Shown: positions 32,626 to 44,499, counted from the stretch's first letter. The stretch: DNA of 64,000 bases from Gammaproteobacteria bacterium (GCA_013152545.1 JAADGF010000099.1:9906-73905); one strand, 5' to 3'. Notes: generated by a model not told the origin, from the sequence alone. Translations and numbers: made by a program.

Positions 32626-32648
32626 TTAGGAATGTGTACATTCCTTAA
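32626..32648. repeat. Palindromic repeat, copy 3 (TTAGGAATGTGTACATTCCTTAA)
   Basis: Near-perfect palindrome between convergent genes. Confidence 0.7.
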
Positions 32649-32763
32649 CAGGCGATGCAAAAACAATATAAATTGATGAAATTATAACCACTCCGCTTAC
32701 TTTTCAAATGCTTTAAAAACAAATTAAAGGTAAGCAAAGTGGTTACACATCTCAAGGCTTAAA

Positions 32764-33168
32764 TCACAACGAGCCTTCTGATAGCCTTTTATCCACTTGC
32801 ACTTCTGCTCTTAACCAATCATGCAGTGGATCACCATTCATAAAATGGCGTTTTTCAGCACTTAAATATGCCTCTATTTGAATCATTTCCAAACGTTTTT
32901 GGTCTGTCACAAATGCTCCCTGTATTTTTTTATTTTTACCAAAACTATTGTCATCACCATTGACTGCCTGGGCTAATGACTGGCTGGAAAGTTCCGTTAT
33001 ATTGCTCGTGTTGCTTTCTCTTTTAGTCGTAGCGACCCTTGTAATGCCTATTGAGGCTGCTTTGGATGTTTTTTTCTTGATTGCCGCCTTGTTTTTGACG
33101 GCTGTTTTCTTTTGCACTGTCACTTTGTTGTACACTCCAGTTAAATGATAGATATATACCCTACACAA
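32764..33168 (-). CDS. DUF2934-like protein with Lys/Ala-rich N-terminus
   Basis: RLEMIQIEAYLSAEKR...GDPLHDWLRAE; real start probably slightly downstream. Confidence 0.75.
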   Translation of the reverse strand: MCRVYIYHLTGVYNKVTVQKKTAVKNKAAIKKKTSKAASIGITRVATTKRESNTSNITELSSQSLAQAVNGDDNSFGKNKKIQGAFVTDQKRLEMIQIEAYLSAEKRHFMNGDPLHDWLRAEVQVDKRLSEGSL

Positions 33169-33411
33169 AGCAAAAATTAAGCCAGCATAATTCCGTCATT
33201 TATTATGAAGAGAAACACCTCAACTCCAGTTGACAAATAGTGCTACGTTCAGGTATGAAAATAACCAATATTTGGAATTGTTGCACTGAGGCGGATCATT
33301 ACAATACTGGTGATACAAGCAAACCAGTTAAAGCCAATGACTGATGCTTAGCAATAAACTCACTTTATCAACAGGCCAGCCAACGCCAGCGAGACAAAAT
33401 CAACGGAATAA

Positions 33412-33441
33412 TATACCCATAGCGTTTGAGATTTAGGTATA
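33412..33441. mobile_element. 30-bp minimal derivative of the ERIC-like MITE
   Basis: TATACCCATAGCGTTTGAGATTTAGGTATA. Confidence 0.7.
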
Positions 33442-33448
33442 TACTCCT

Positions 33449-34306
33449 TCACGACTCATATTCATCAATGATGTCCGCCTCCAACTCTCCGTAATCCAGC
33501 TCACTTGTACTGAAATGGAAAAAGATTTGATCTTTGAACTGATCCCAATGACTGGATTGTTCTCCACGATGATAGATACTAAGAACATTCCCAGCAATCA
33601 AAAAAATACCATAAAGGTCTTTCAATGAATCATCAGTCGCGCTGTCGTTGAGAAAACCCGCTTCATGATGACGTAGGATGAGATCACAAATTCGTTTTGG
33701 TAAATTCCAGGACGTAGCGACAAAGTAACCGACAACCGCGTGATTCGTAGCGTAGTGCCGATCTTCTATCGCGGTCAATGCCAAACCAGGCGAAGCATCA
33801 CTCTCTATGAGTATCTGTCCATAATCGTTAAATCGCATCGCCATCATGGCAATGCCGCAATCATGAAACAAACCAAACGAATAAACATCTTCAGCAGGGC
33901 AGTCACGTTTCAGTTGCAGTTGGTTAAGTGTCGTCACCATCATCCGTGCAGTGGCAACGGCTGAATCCCAAAACGGTTCCAGAGGAATGGAGGCCTCACC
34001 TGCCAGGACATGGCGCATTTCGTGGAATGTCACCAGTGTGATAATGTTTTGTAGCCCAAGCAGCATCACACTCTGCTGGATATCAGTAACGGTTCGACCA
34101 AGACCAAACACTGGAGAATTAATTGCTTTGAGGACATTGGCCGACAACCCAACATCACTGGCAATAATTTCTGCAATACGATTTAAATCAGGGGCTTCAT
34201 GCTGCTGCTCATCATGGATCTGACACAACAGTTCGGGTTTTGCCGGGATCTGTAACCCGGCCACCACCTGCTTCGCTTTTTCATTATTAATATCAAACAC
34301 TTGCAA
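33449..34306 (-). CDS. HDOD domain protein
   Basis: IPAKPELL, DVGLSANVLKAINSP, FWDSA, GLFHDCGI, NHAVVG, WNLP and RHHE. Confidence 0.9.
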   Translation of the reverse strand: MQVFDINNEKAKQVVAGLQIPAKPELLCQIHDEQQHEAPDLNRIAEIIASDVGLSANVLKAINSPVFGLGRTVTDIQQSVMLLGLQNIITLVTFHEMRHVLAGEASIPLEPFWDSAVATARMMVTTLNQLQLKRDCPAEDVYSFGLFHDCGIAMMAMRFNDYGQILIESDASPGLALTAIEDRHYATNHAVVGYFVATSWNLPKRICDLILRHHEAGFLNDSATDDSLKDLYGIFLIAGNVLSIYHRGEQSSHWDQFKDQIFFHFSTSELDYGELEADIIDEYES

Positions 34307-34407
34307 TACCCAATGAGTGTGTCATCGACAATCTCCAATTTATGCGGGTGACAGTTTAGTATAATCGATTGTCATGCGGCTAGATTCGCGGGAGGATACA
34401 CTCATTA

Positions 34408-34434
34408 AAAACGGCAACTGCGGGTATTTCTTTA
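34408..34434 (-). promoter_or_regulatory. Putative sigma-28 (FliA) promoter
   Basis: Minus strand TAAA-N15-GCCGTTTT, about 100 bp upstream of the HDOD gene. Confidence 0.5.
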
Positions 34435-34549
34435 GCGCTAGAAAATGCTCGAATTTTATTAACGAACGTATCAAGGTGCATTTGTAAAATAAAAAAAACG
34501 CGTACAAAAATCAACAAAAAATATTCTAAAGATCAGGTCATTGGGTTAA

Positions 34550-35173
34550 TTAACCCCCTTTCGACTCCAGGTCATAACGTTGTTTATGCTCTCTTGCAAT
34601 GCCCAGTAATTCTTCCCATACTTTAGACATTGATTCATGCATGTAATCGTTTTTAGCCAAGTTATTTAACTCATCTTTAAAGGTATCCATGCGTAGTACC
34701 CCATCAGGTACACCTTTCGGAAAGCTACTTTCCGCACCAAACAGTACACGGGCTTCAATATCTGCTTCTTTTACCAGTTGATTGACCTGCTGCCCGATCA
34801 AACGAACACGGTACAAAGGGTTTTTAAACTTATTCGACTTGTTATCCACCACTTGCGCCCATTGCTCGATTTGATCGGCACCAAAAATATACCCCTTGAG
34901 GTGTTGAACGTCCATGGCAATGATTTTGCCACGCAATAAAATAAGATAGTCCACAAATAAATAGCCATAAATACCATCGGATATCACAATATCGCGAGAG
35001 TATGCTTCACTTTGCTCTTTGATTATTTTTTCGATACGCCGATCATCAGCAGTGTTTTTTATATAGCGCACTAACCACACAACCAACGTTACCAAAACAA
35101 TAGCAGCTATTAACCCTAGCGTTAGCCAGATAATCTGATTTTCTGATAGTTTTATGAAATCTTTGGGTAACAT
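34550..35173 (-). CDS. NERD (nuclease-related domain) membrane-anchored protein
   Basis: N-terminal TM; VDYLIL, GYIFG, WAQ, FKNPL and SFPKG. Confidence 0.8.
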   Translation of the reverse strand: MLPKDFIKLSENQIIWLTLGLIAAIVLVTLVVWLVRYIKNTADDRRIEKIIKEQSEAYSRDIVISDGIYGYLFVDYLILLRGKIIAMDVQHLKGYIFGADQIEQWAQVVDNKSNKFKNPLYRVRLIGQQVNQLVKEADIEARVLFGAESSFPKGVPDGVLRMDTFKDELNNLAKNDYMHESMSKVWEELLGIAREHKQRYDLESKGG

Positions 35174-35633
35174 AACTCAAATTTTACCGAATTTTTACCG
35201 AAGAGTGGAGCTAATTGTTAAGTAATTGTATAACTATCACCCACTTAATTCCATTAACATATTGATTATCTTAATTTTTAGCTGAAATTTTACCATACAA
35301 ATAGCATACCCTTGCCCTTCGCTTCTGTCGATACCTTCCTGAATTCCTCGACAGTGCATTAAGCAAGAAAAAAGGATTGGCATACATTTCTAATTTGTCT
35401 AAGCTTGTCATTTTTCGAACTTGCCAGGGAGTTCCGTTGATCGCATTAATGACATTAAGCCGGTACTACTATACCCGTGACGTTTGAATGAAGGACCTTG
35501 GGATTGTTGTGCCGTTAAAGTACACCAATATAACGTACCTCGCGGATTTTAGTCAAAGTTAAGTCGCGCCCGGCTCATCGTTCGCGGCTCTGTTGACTCG
35601 TATCAACTCTGTTGCCCCCACTGTTATTGATGT

Positions 35634-35656
35634 TTAAGAAGCGTGCACATTCTTAA
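35634..35656. repeat. Palindromic repeat, copy 4 (TTAAGAAGCGTGCACATTCTTAA)
   Basis: Contains the stop codon of the hybrid kinase. Confidence 0.6.
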
Positions 35657-38600
35657 GCGACAGCGCCACCTTTATCGTCAGAAACTGATTGTTCCATTAT
35701 TTCCGACACTTCGATGTGTGCCACACGTAAAGCAGACAATTGTGTATCAATATTATTAATGTTTTTTGACTTTATGTTTGACTCAATTTTTTCCGCAATA
35801 TCACCTAAATACAATGCACCAAATTGCCTGCAAGATGACTTGAGTGAATGCATCGCTCTTTCGATAGCCTCAATGTTTTGATTTTCATAAGCTTCCTCAG
35901 CAATGTTAATATTATTATTTGCTGTACGATATTGTTGAGATATAACAGCTTGAAATTTAGCACCAAACAATGATTTCAATGTATTGAAAATGGCGATATC
36001 TAATACCGGTAATGCTTCATTGTTGTTACTGGTATTGTTGCTGACATTTTTACTAGCATTGTTGCTGTGATCGTTATTGTTATTATTGTCGTTGCCAAAG
36101 TCATTGTTTCCGTATCGACGCTGATCTGAACCCACAGGTGCATCGGCCGATTTTCGTGGCAACGCTTTCCGTGGCAACCATGCCGCCAACACTTTCTCTA
36201 ATGCTTCCTGACTCACTGGTTTTGAAATATAGTCGTCCATACCCGCTGCCAAACATTTTTCTTTATCACCTTGCATTGCATTTGCAGTAAAGGCGATAAT
36301 TGGAACTCGATCAACATTGTGGTTTTCAAGTTCGTATTTTCGTATTGCGAGTGTTGCTTCAAAACCATCCATTTCCGGCATTTGACAATCCATAAAGACC
36401 AAATCAAACGGTCGTTTTTTTACCATTATCAAGGCTTCCAAGCCATTACCGGCAGGCGTGATATTGCAACCATATCCTTCCAGATATTCTGTCGCTACTC
36501 GTTGGTTAACCGGATTATCTTCTGTCAATAAAATTTGTGCGTTAGTAAACAAAATGCTTTCACGTATGCTTGCATTAGTTTCTCGTAAGGTGTGGCGTGA
36601 GACCAATGGAATTTTATGGCCTTGTTGTTTTGCGCTCCAAATAAGCGAAAGCACATGAGGAGCCTCGGTCGGGCGAGTAGGTTTAGTAAGATAACCATCA
36701 AAACCCAGTTGCGTTAACCGTTGGCTATCACCTTTACGTGGCGATGATGTAATCAGCAGTAACACACCGTCTTTTAACAACCCTCGTTGGTTAATCTCAG
36801 CTGCCAACATTTCACCATCCATTTCCGGCATATGAGAATCTGTGATGACAATATCAAAAGGCACCTGATCTGAAATAGCCTGAGTCAGCATTTTAATTGC
36901 TTGCGTTGCAGATGCAGCAGTCTCTGTACGTAATGACAGGTGAGATAACTGTTCAGTCAATATTGTTCTCGCCACATCCAGGTCATCTACAAGCAAAGTT
37001 CTCAAACCATTAAGATGATCAAAATTTTCAACTTGAGCAGGCAAGATAACGCCCAAATTTGCAAGCTTTAACTGCATGGTAAAACTAAAAATTGAACCTT
37101 TTCCTTTAACACTTTCCACACTGATTTCACCCTGCATTAATTCACAAAGTTGTTTGGAAATCGCCAAGCCCAAACCAGTGCCACCATACTTTCGGGTAGT
37201 CGAACCATCTTCTTGATCAAATTTATTAAATATTCTATCCAGTGTTTCTTTGGCAATGCCAATACCAGAGTCTTCAACTTTTACCAACAAGGTTACATGC
37301 TCACTGCTAACATCCTGTGATTCAATGGTGAGCAAAACACTGCCTTGTGCAGTAAATTTAATAGCATTGCTCAGAAGATTTAACAGGATCTGACGAATCC
37401 GTCCCGGATCCCCCATAAAGAAACAAGGCGTAGCAGGTTTATAACGCAACAGTATCTCAACACATTTGTCCCTGCACTTAATCGCCATCATTTCTGCAAC
37501 GTCTTCACTTAACGCTTGCAAGTTAAATAACACGCTTTCCAGCTTCAGTTTGCCTGCTTCAATCTTAGAGAAGTCGAGTATATCGTTAATGATGGTCAAC
37601 AAAGCATCGGCAGACTTCATACTGGTTTCTGCGTACTCACGTTGTACAGGACTAAGATCAGTATCAAGTAATAGCCCCGTCATACCGATTACGCCATTCA
37701 TCGGCGTACGAATTTCATGACTCATGTTGGCCAGAAAATCGGACTTTAGTCGCGTTGCTTCTTCAGCCGCCTCTTTTGCCTCTACAAGGGCTGCTTCAGC
37801 TTGTTTTTGCTTGGTAATATCACGAAAACTCCACACCGTACCGACTGCTTTTCCTGCTACCATCATCGGTCGGGACAAACGCTCATAAACCCGGCCATCA
37901 ATCAATTCCAATGTATCAAAAACTTCAGTCTCAGCATTGGCATGCCAATTTTCGAGCACATCGATAAATTGTTGTGGGTCCACTAACTGCCCCATGATAT
38001 GGGCAACCATCGCTTTTTCATCACCGCGCTTCATCATATCATCAGGAATACTCCACAATTCTGTAAAACGGCTGTTGGTTTGTATCGTTTTACCCTGTAC
38101 ATTGGTAACAAGAATACCATTGTCGGTAGACTCCAGGGTCGCTTCCAGTTGCGTCATTGCTTGTTGGGTTGTAAGCTCAGCAAGTTTGCGCTCACTGATA
38201 TCAGTCCGAATGGCAATATAATTTTTGGGTTTCCCATCATCCCCCATAAAGGGTACGATGGTCGTATCCACCCAGTAGAGATGCCCGTCTTTGGCTTTGT
38301 TGCAAATTTCGTCGTGCCAGACATGTCCTGCAGCAATGCGGCGATACATCTGGCGAAAAAAATCCCTGTCATGGCATCCTGAATTAAGCAGGCGATGATT
38401 TTCCCCCATCAATTTTTCACGGCTATAACCACTGATTTCACAAAATTTATCATTGCAAAAAGTGATATTACCCTCCACATCGGTAATAGCAACAATAGCG
38501 TGTTGATCCAAGGCAAATTTTTGCTCGGCTAAATCGGCAAGTGCTTGTTGTGCTTTTTTACTGGATTGTTCCAGAGCCTGCTCATGCCTTTGCGACATTC

Positions 38601-39825
38601 TCAGCATATGGTTAAAGGCTTCCGCCAATTGCCCAATTTCATTGGTGGCAATGACATCAACCCACTGTCCCCTTTCGCCTGCAGCAACTGCCATACTGGC
38701 ATCAACGAGGCTTGCAATAGGCTTGGTAATACGCCGTGCCTGAAAAATGGCTAACAGCACCACAATAATAATTGTGAAGCAGACTAACACCAACGTCACT
38801 TTAGCTAAATCGGTGACTTCAGTCAGCGCCTCATCTTCATTGATTTCACTGATCAATACCCACTTAACGCCCGACAATTGTAGCGTATGATGAATACCAA
38901 TCACTTGATTTCCATTAGGCCCCCGGTAGAAGAAAGCCGCCTGCTCCTGATCGTTAGATGCTTTGTCGTGACTACCATGTTTGGTATACCAATGCCAGTA
39001 CTGTTCCGTATCGATTTCACGGTTCAATACATCATCTTGCCTGTCATTAATTGCGGTACGCAGCCTACCGTCATTGCCCACTAAATAATGGATTAATGAA
39101 CTGCTGGTATTTATCCCTTGATTTAATGATTTAGGAATACGGTCAAAGCGAATCTGGATGGCAAAAACACCCAACTTTCCGCCGAACTCATCCAATAACG
39201 GCGCCGTGAGAAACCCGGTTATCATATTACCAGAAGGCGCATAACGTTCCAGGTCGGAAAACATTGACTGCCCCGTTGCCAGAGTTACTTTAACACTCTG
39301 TGCAAACCGTGTATTCGCATAAGGACCATCTAGCAAGTTAGTCCCCAAATCAGACTCACGGGCAACGCTGAACAAAATATTGCCGTCGTTGTCGATCAGA
39401 ATCAAATCATAGGTGTAATCATAGCGACGACTCAGATTGATAAGATCATTTTGAGTACCATCAACTAACGATGCCCAGGTGTAACTCTTCACAAATGTGT
39501 CCAGCGTTTTATTACTGGACTGCCAGGCTCGCTGCAATGACATTAGGAAACGAGCATTATTCTGCGACTCAGCCTGCCTACTAAGATCCATAAAGCGATA
39601 ATGGAAAAAAGTATTGATGAATTGCACATTCAAGGATGCAGATTGCTGCAATTTATCTTCCGCTGACTGAGTGAGGCTGGCCGTACCCGTTTGATAACTT
39701 ACCCAGGATACAATCATCAACGGCAATAACGATAACAATAAAAACCACAACACCAGATGACGACGGAGGGACGCGTATTTTTTCGCGACAGGAGCATCAC
39801 CGTTTGCGGCTATATCTACTTTCAT
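35653..39825 (-). CDS. Hybrid sensor histidine kinase (TM-Cache-TM-HAMP-PAS-PAS-HisKA-HATPase-REC-REC-Hpt)
   Basis: [37 protein letters not shown], two receiver domains (ITDSHMP, FMDCQMP) and Hpt HSLKSS. Confidence 0.95.
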   Translation of the reverse strand: MKVDIAANGDAPVAKKYASLRRHLVLWFLLLSLLPLMIVSWVSYQTGTASLTQSAEDKLQQSASLNVQFINTFFHYRFMDLSRQAESQNNARFLMSLQRAWQSSNKTLDTFVKSYTWASLVDGTQNDLINLSRRYDYTYDLILIDNDGNILFSVARESDLGTNLLDGPYANTRFAQSVKVTLATGQSMFSDLERYAPSGNMITGFLTAPLLDEFGGKLGVFAIQIRFDRIPKSLNQGINTSSSLIHYLVGNDGRLRTAINDRQDDVLNREIDTEQYWHWYTKHGSHDKASNDQEQAAFFYRGPNGNQVIGIHHTLQLSGVKWVLISEINEDEALTEVTDLAKVTLVLVCFTIIIVVLLAIFQARRITKPIASLVDASMAVAAGERGQWVDVIATNEIGQLAEAFNHMLRMSQRHEQALEQSSKKAQQALADLAEQKFALDQHAIVAITDVEGNITFCNDKFCEISGYSREKLMGENHRLLNSGCHDRDFFRQMYRRIAAGHVWHDEICNKAKDGHLYWVDTTIVPFMGDDGKPKNYIAIRTDISERKLAELTTQQAMTQLEATLESTDNGILVTNVQGKTIQTNSRFTELWSIPDDMMKRGDEKAMVAHIMGQLVDPQQFIDVLENWHANAETEVFDTLELIDGRVYERLSRPMMVAGKAVGTVWSFRDITKQKQAEAALVEAKEAAEEATRLKSDFLANMSHEIRTPMNGVIGMTGLLLDTDLSPVQREYAETSMKSADALLTIINDILDFSKIEAGKLKLESVLFNLQALSEDVAEMMAIKCRDKCVEILLRYKPATPCFFMGDPGRIRQILLNLLSNAIKFTAQGSVLLTIESQDVSSEHVTLLVKVEDSGIGIAKETLDRIFNKFDQEDGSTTRKYGGTGLGLAISKQLCELMQGEISVESVKGKGSIFSFTMQLKLANLGVILPAQVENFDHLNGLRTLLVDDLDVARTILTEQLSHLSLRTETAASATQAIKMLTQAISDQVPFDIVITDSHMPEMDGEMLAAEINQRGLLKDGVLLLITSSPRKGDSQRLTQLGFDGYLTKPTRPTEAPHVLSLIWSAKQQGHKIPLVSRHTLRETNASIRESILFTNAQILLTEDNPVNQRVATEYLEGYGCNITPAGNGLEALIMVKKRPFDLVFMDCQMPEMDGFEATLAIRKYELENHNVDRVPIIAFTANAMQGDKEKCLAAGMDDYISKPVSQEALEKVLAAWLPRKALPRKSADAPVGSDQRRYGNNDFGNDNNNNNDHSNNASKNVSNNTSNNNEALPVLDIAIFNTLKSLFGAKFQAVISQQYRTANNNINIAEEAYENQNIEAIERAMHSLKSSCRQFGALYLGDIAEKIESNIKSKNINNIDTQLSALRVAHIEVSEIMEQSVSDDKGGAVA

Positions 39826-39849
39826 AGCATGAGTGCTATATCACTTGCG

Positions 39850-40986
39850 CTATTCACGACCAAAGCGTGTATCTGAAAAGTTATCGATATCCACTGGCCG
39901 TTTCAGAATACCACCTTCCACCGCCAAGTCCATGATTTGCTTTAACCCCGCTTTATCGACATCCAAATATTGATAATTAATCACGCGTAGTTCTGGGCTA
40001 AGACTGGCAATAATGGCCTCATAAGTATGCGCTGGTATATGTTTACGCACGATCCTGACGATGGCATCCAGCTTTTCACCACCTGCGCTTCTAGCTTGTT
40101 CAATATCCTCGCCAGCCTTATGAATGTAAGCCATCACTTCCTTAACTGCATCAAACTTACCGGCGATAGCTTTATCGGTCGCCAGTGCAATGCATTCTAC
40201 GTGGCCATGCTGCCAAGGCATAACATCTTTGGAATACCAGGCCACATGACCAAAACCACTCGTCTCCACCACATCGGCCCAGGGTAACGATTGCTCAAAA
40301 GCAGCAGGTAACGCACGATTGCTTTTACTTTTAAGAAAGGCTGGGGATTTAGGCGGAGGCACACCAATCACCAATACCTCGGCATCGGCGTTGGGCGTGA
40401 GACTCAACCGCAAACCTTGTTCTTTAAGATAGCGATATAACACGACAGTATGAGTGGCCAATAAATGGGGCATGCCAATTTCGGTTGAACGACTGTTTTG
40501 TTGATAAATTTTTTTCAATGCAACAGCTACTTTAGCGTCAGGTTTGCGGCCTTTTCGCCCCGGTGGTAACTTTACCTCTTTGTTTAACAAATCGTTAATG
40601 GCCAGAGCATTACCGTCTCGGTGCATCAACCCCACCCAACGAAAATGGGGTTTTTCATTAAACATATCCATGGCCAAGGGGCTCATTACATAGGCCATAT
40701 CAACGTCACCAGACTGAAAATAGGCTCTTAATAAATCCCAGTTCTTCATCTGTTCAATCTGAAAATCAGCTTGTTTCATTTTATGACGGTACTTTTCATA
40801 AGCGACCAAGGCAGCATAATGATCAGCTAGGGGAATATAAAGCGCTTTAATGGTTTGTTTGCCAGACCTCGCGAGAATTGCCGCATCGCTATAACCCCAA
40901 AAAAAAGTCAATAACAGCACCAGTATCAGCCAAGGTAACGGACGAAACGGTTTTATTCCTACAATAACATCGGTTTGTTTTTTCAT
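39850..40986 (-). CDS. NrtA/CmpA-like (NMT1 family) periplasmic substrate-binding protein
   Basis: Signal peptide; YIPLADH, NWDLLRAYFQSGDVDMAYVMSPLAM, HRDGNAL and WQHGHVEC; 24 bp upstream of the kinase. Confidence 0.8.
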   Translation of the reverse strand: MKKQTDVIVGIKPFRPLPWLILVLLLTFFWGYSDAAILARSGKQTIKALYIPLADHYAALVAYEKYRHKMKQADFQIEQMKNWDLLRAYFQSGDVDMAYVMSPLAMDMFNEKPHFRWVGLMHRDGNALAINDLLNKEVKLPPGRKGRKPDAKVAVALKKIYQQNSRSTEIGMPHLLATHTVVLYRYLKEQGLRLSLTPNADAEVLVIGVPPPKSPAFLKSKSNRALPAAFEQSLPWADVVETSGFGHVAWYSKDVMPWQHGHVECIALATDKAIAGKFDAVKEVMAYIHKAGEDIEQARSAGGEKLDAIVRIVRKHIPAHTYEAIIASLSPELRVINYQYLDVDKAGLKQIMDLAVEGGILKRPVDIDNFSDTRFGRE

Positions 40987-41227
40987 ATTTCGGCTATCTG
41001 CAGGAATCCATTATAGGTCTTGGGTACACAGCGATAATTGTTAATCTACACTGATAATGTTATAAATTTTTTTACTTTCATGGTGTTAAATACCATTTGT
41101 ATTTTAAGTTTAGGTGCTGATTACATACCTTTTCCGTTCCATGTACTGCGTTAAACCGTATTTTTGCGCATCACAAGCGACTGACAACGCCACAGGACTG
41201 AAAAAGCAACCCCCTCCCCCTGCATTA

Positions 41228-41254
41228 ACATCGGTGCCGAATTGCTTTACTTAA
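41228..41254 (-). promoter_or_regulatory. Possible sigma-28 promoter for the SBP-kinase operon
   Basis: Minus strand TTAA-N15-ACCGATGT. Confidence 0.3.
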
Positions 41255-41752
41255 GTTAAATCCATATATCAATTGATATCGACGACAAACACCTAATACA
41301 CTATAAATACAAGATTTTTTCGAATATTTTCAATCTTCCGAAAGAACCTGTTGTTAGTAGATGGAGGCGAAGAAAAAGATAGGATGCGGAACGAGTAACG
41401 CAGATTCAAGTATTTCAACAATGTGGGATATCGACACCCCGCCAGTAATGGAAAGTAGCTTTGCTCGGCAACGGCATAGCTCGTCGTATCAAAGGCAAGC
41501 CATGCAATTTCGCACCACTTGTCGATAATTTTAGCTAAATATGTAGCCTCTTTTGACGACAATATGATGTAATAACACAGTCACGTTGTACCATGTGCTC
41601 TGCAAAGTAGCCTATATGCTAAAAAATACGATGTAACCTATTGTTATTTAAACACTATCAGACTAAATTTATTTTCATCGGCATTAATTGCTTATTATAC
41701 AAGCACGTCATTGGCAGTTGAGCAGCAAAATTAGTTAAGGTTTCAGCTTGTA

Positions 41753-42676
41753 ATGGAAAACCAAACCCCGCTTTTTTTTGTTATAGCAGCGATAATCGTA
41801 TTGTGGCTATTGGGCAAAATTCTCGCAAAGGCGTCAGCATCGCTGGCGGAATCTACGCCCCCTTCCCGCAAAGCCGAACCAAAAGGAAATGAAATCGCCC
41901 CGGGCTTACATGTCATCGGACTCAGCGATACACTCATGCAGGAAATGCATGAAATTATCGAGCAACAAAACACGATAAAATTGGCTTATTTTTTTACAAA
42001 ACGTTGTCCGGAATTCCCAGAACTCGACAATTATTTCTCTGAATTAAGGTCACAATATTTTGTATTGCTGGGCAAACCGTCCAACGAGGCATCCGAAACC
42101 GAAAAGATCGATGCCATGAAAAAATTAGACTTCCAAAACACACCGCAATATCTTGACATCAATGTTGTTACCCAAACTGAATTAAAATACCTGATTGAAG
42201 ATACCGTAAAAACATTTCGGGTTATCACTGATGAGCTAATTTGCAAATTCGGTGGTGAAAATTTCTTCGACAATTTCCGGGCCTACACCCAACTCGGTGA
42301 AGAAAAACCAATAACGTTGCATATCCCACCAGATCACCAGCACCGAAAGAAACTTGAATCACTGGTCGAAACCGGCATTGCCATCAGAGGCAGAAAAATT
42401 CCTTTAAAAGACCGTCTTGGAGTCCTTAAATTCAGTCAGTTGCGCCGCATTGCAACCGAGTTAAAAATAGACACCCCGTTTAAACAAAAATCGGAAGCCA
42501 CCGAAGCATTGGCAGCAATGCCAGGGTCCGCTGTCCATTTGGCAATGATCCATGACATTAGCGATATTTTTTACTTAAAACCAGAAACCTATAATGCACA
42601 AGCAGTAGAAGACGAATGGGCTTTTTTTAACGCTTACGCCAGACTACTGACGGAAGCGTTAAAAATATACCCATAG
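41753..42676 (+). CDS. Hypothetical membrane-anchored protein
   Basis: 307-aa ORF with an N-terminal TM helix; last codons and stop lie inside a MITE. Confidence 0.75.
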   Translation: MENQTPLFFVIAAIIVLWLLGKILAKASASLAESTPPSRKAEPKGNEIAPGLHVIGLSDTLMQEMHEIIEQQNTIKLAYFFTKRCPEFPELDNYFSELRSQYFVLLGKPSNEASETEKIDAMKKLDFQNTPQYLDINVVTQTELKYLIEDTVKTFRVITDELICKFGGENFFDNFRAYTQLGEEKPITLHIPPDHQHRKKLESLVETGIAIRGRKIPLKDRLGVLKFSQLRRIATELKIDTPFKQKSEATEALAAMPGSAVHLAMIHDISDIFYLKPETYNAQAVEDEWAFFNAYARLLTEALKIYP

Positions 42677-42851
42677 CATTTGAGGTTTCGATGTAAAGTG
42701 TGCGTCCTATTTTATTCATAGCAGCAAAGGTAGGCGCTTTTAGGCAAGGCGAAATGACGCGTAATAGTCGTTCTATTGCAAGGAATTTCAACGCCGCGAT
42801 GAATGAAATAGGGTGTGCAATTTACCCGAAATATTAAACGCTTTGGGTATA
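42666..42851. mobile_element. ERIC-like MITE, full copy
   Basis: TATACCCATAGCATTTGAGGTTTCG...CGAAATATTAAACGCTTTGGGTATA; interior similar to the 25086 copy plus an AGGTAGGCGCTTTTAGGC insert. Confidence 0.85.
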
Positions 42852-42939
42852 GATACGTAAAGACGCGAAAACAGCTATTAATCGCTTTCGGGGCATTTCA
42901 TCAAGATCATACCCGTTTGTTTCACCTGTTACCGCTTAA

Positions 42940-43209
42940 TTAAAGTTCACGATCGTGGTTGTTTTTAAATGAGTAACCGCATTTAGTCAGCACAGGCTTT
43001 ATCTGAGACTCGGTCCTGGGGAATTTTCGACAGTTTGGTGGCCTAAATTTATATGCCGAACAATAACTTTCACCATCAAGCTTAACCTTGAGAAACATAC
43101 ATTTAAAGGGTAACTTACAACATTCACCACAATTGTTACAGCTGCCGGTTCTATGCTTTTCCACTGGTAAAATAGAAGTAACAATTCTCGCTAGTTTTTC
43201 AATCATCAT
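42940..43209 (-). CDS. YkgJ/FliB-like cysteine-cluster protein
   Basis: CNNCGECC...CMFL...CSAYKFRPPNCRKFP. Confidence 0.8.
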   Translation of the reverse strand: MMIEKLARIVTSILPVEKHRTGSCNNCGECCKLPFKCMFLKVKLDGESYCSAYKFRPPNCRKFPRTESQIKPVLTKCGYSFKNNHDREL

Positions 43210-43306
43210 TAAAGTACTCGGGCTATTCCAGTTTCAATAGCAACATTAGTTATGCATTGCAACTAAAACCGATGTTCTATTCTATGCATACTACTGTTAT
43301 GCACAC

Positions 43307-43479
43307 TTAGAACATGTACGCAATAACTCCCACATTTTGCATCTCGGCTTCTGTTCCAGACTCGCCCCTACCTCCCTCATCCTTGACTTGGACTCGTCAT
43401 CTTCAGCCCGTCTTCGCCTGCGGCGCCTACGAACTAAACCTGAGTGCCAAATAAAAAAGTGATTACACGCACGTTCTTA
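43307..43479. mobile_element. Possible second-family MITE (degenerate)
   Basis: Imperfect ends TTAGAACATGTACGCAATAAC ... GTGATTACACGCACGTTCTTA around a GC-richer non-coding interior. Confidence 0.4.
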
Positions 43480-43947
43480 TTTCATTAAAAAAGTAAGGTT
43501 ACAATCTGTTAATAATACCTAAGCATTATATTATCAGTTGAAAATAAATGCTTTGCAAACATTTAACATCCTTAATTAGTGTTGGGTTTTACACATAGAA
43601 ATTTAGGAAAAATACACCATGTCTAAACGAATAACGCAAAAACCACTGTAAAGAAATAACCTATGGGTTAAACCTACGCTCAACGGAAATTAAGCAGTGA
43701 ACAACATGGTGAGGCTTTAAACCTTTTCAAGATAAAAAACTATATTCTTAGCTATTTTAACGCACCTTAATACAGACAAAATATAACAACAATAATTTTA
43801 TATTACTCAATAGTATTTCGTGAAATCCTAAACCATCGCGGTTATTATACGAAACATAAAATAACGTAATAAACTGCAAGGTTATCATTTCCGAGCCCTG
43901 CATATTTCAGACACTCGTATCAAAATCCGTATCAAGAGAGTATTACA

Positions 43948-44499
43948 GTGACAAAAAACAACAACCAACAATTGCTGCATGAATCGCATACCAACAGCAA
44001 TCTTAAATTCCCCCTATGTTTGCTTCTGGATGATTTTGAAAACCCATTAAATGTCGGAAGTATATTTCGCATTAGTGATGCACTAGGAGTAACAGAACTT
44101 TATTTATGCGGCAGCACACCAGTCCCACCTAATAAAAAAATCACCAAAACATCCCGGTCAACTGAAAAGTCAATGACCTACCATTATGTCAAAAGTGCGG
44201 AACAAACCCTAACTCAACTAAAAGCAGATCATTACACCATAATTGCACTCGAAATCACCACACAAAGTCTGGACCTTGTTACCCTAAAGTATTCAAATTA
44301 TGAAAAAATTTGTCTCATTGCTGGATCAGAGAAACAAGGAATAAAACCGTCGTTGCTAAGGCTCTCAAATAACAGTATTCACATTCCAATGCTAGGTATT
44401 AATTCATCAATGAACGTAGCTACGGCATGTGCAATCGCTGTTTTCGAAATAACAAGAGGCTATAAAAAAAAGAATATAAATGCTAACGATACCCGCTGA
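43948..44499 (+). CDS. TrmH/SpoU family RNA methyltransferase
   Basis: NPLNVGSIFRISDALG, IAGSEKQGI and HIPMLGINSSMNVA. Confidence 0.92.
   Translation: MTKNNNQQLLHESHTNSNLKFPLCLLLDDFENPLNVGSIFRISDALGVTELYLCGSTPVPPNKKITKTSRSTEKSMTYHYVKSAEQTLTQLKADHYTIIALEITTQSLDLVTLKYSNYEKICLIAGSEKQGIKPSLLRLSNNSIHIPMLGINSSMNVATACAIAVFEITRGYKKKNINANDTR

Noticed and set aside
41293..41562. 89-aa ORF or MITE-like segment
   Set aside because: No protein motifs, and I could not define convincing terminal repeats.
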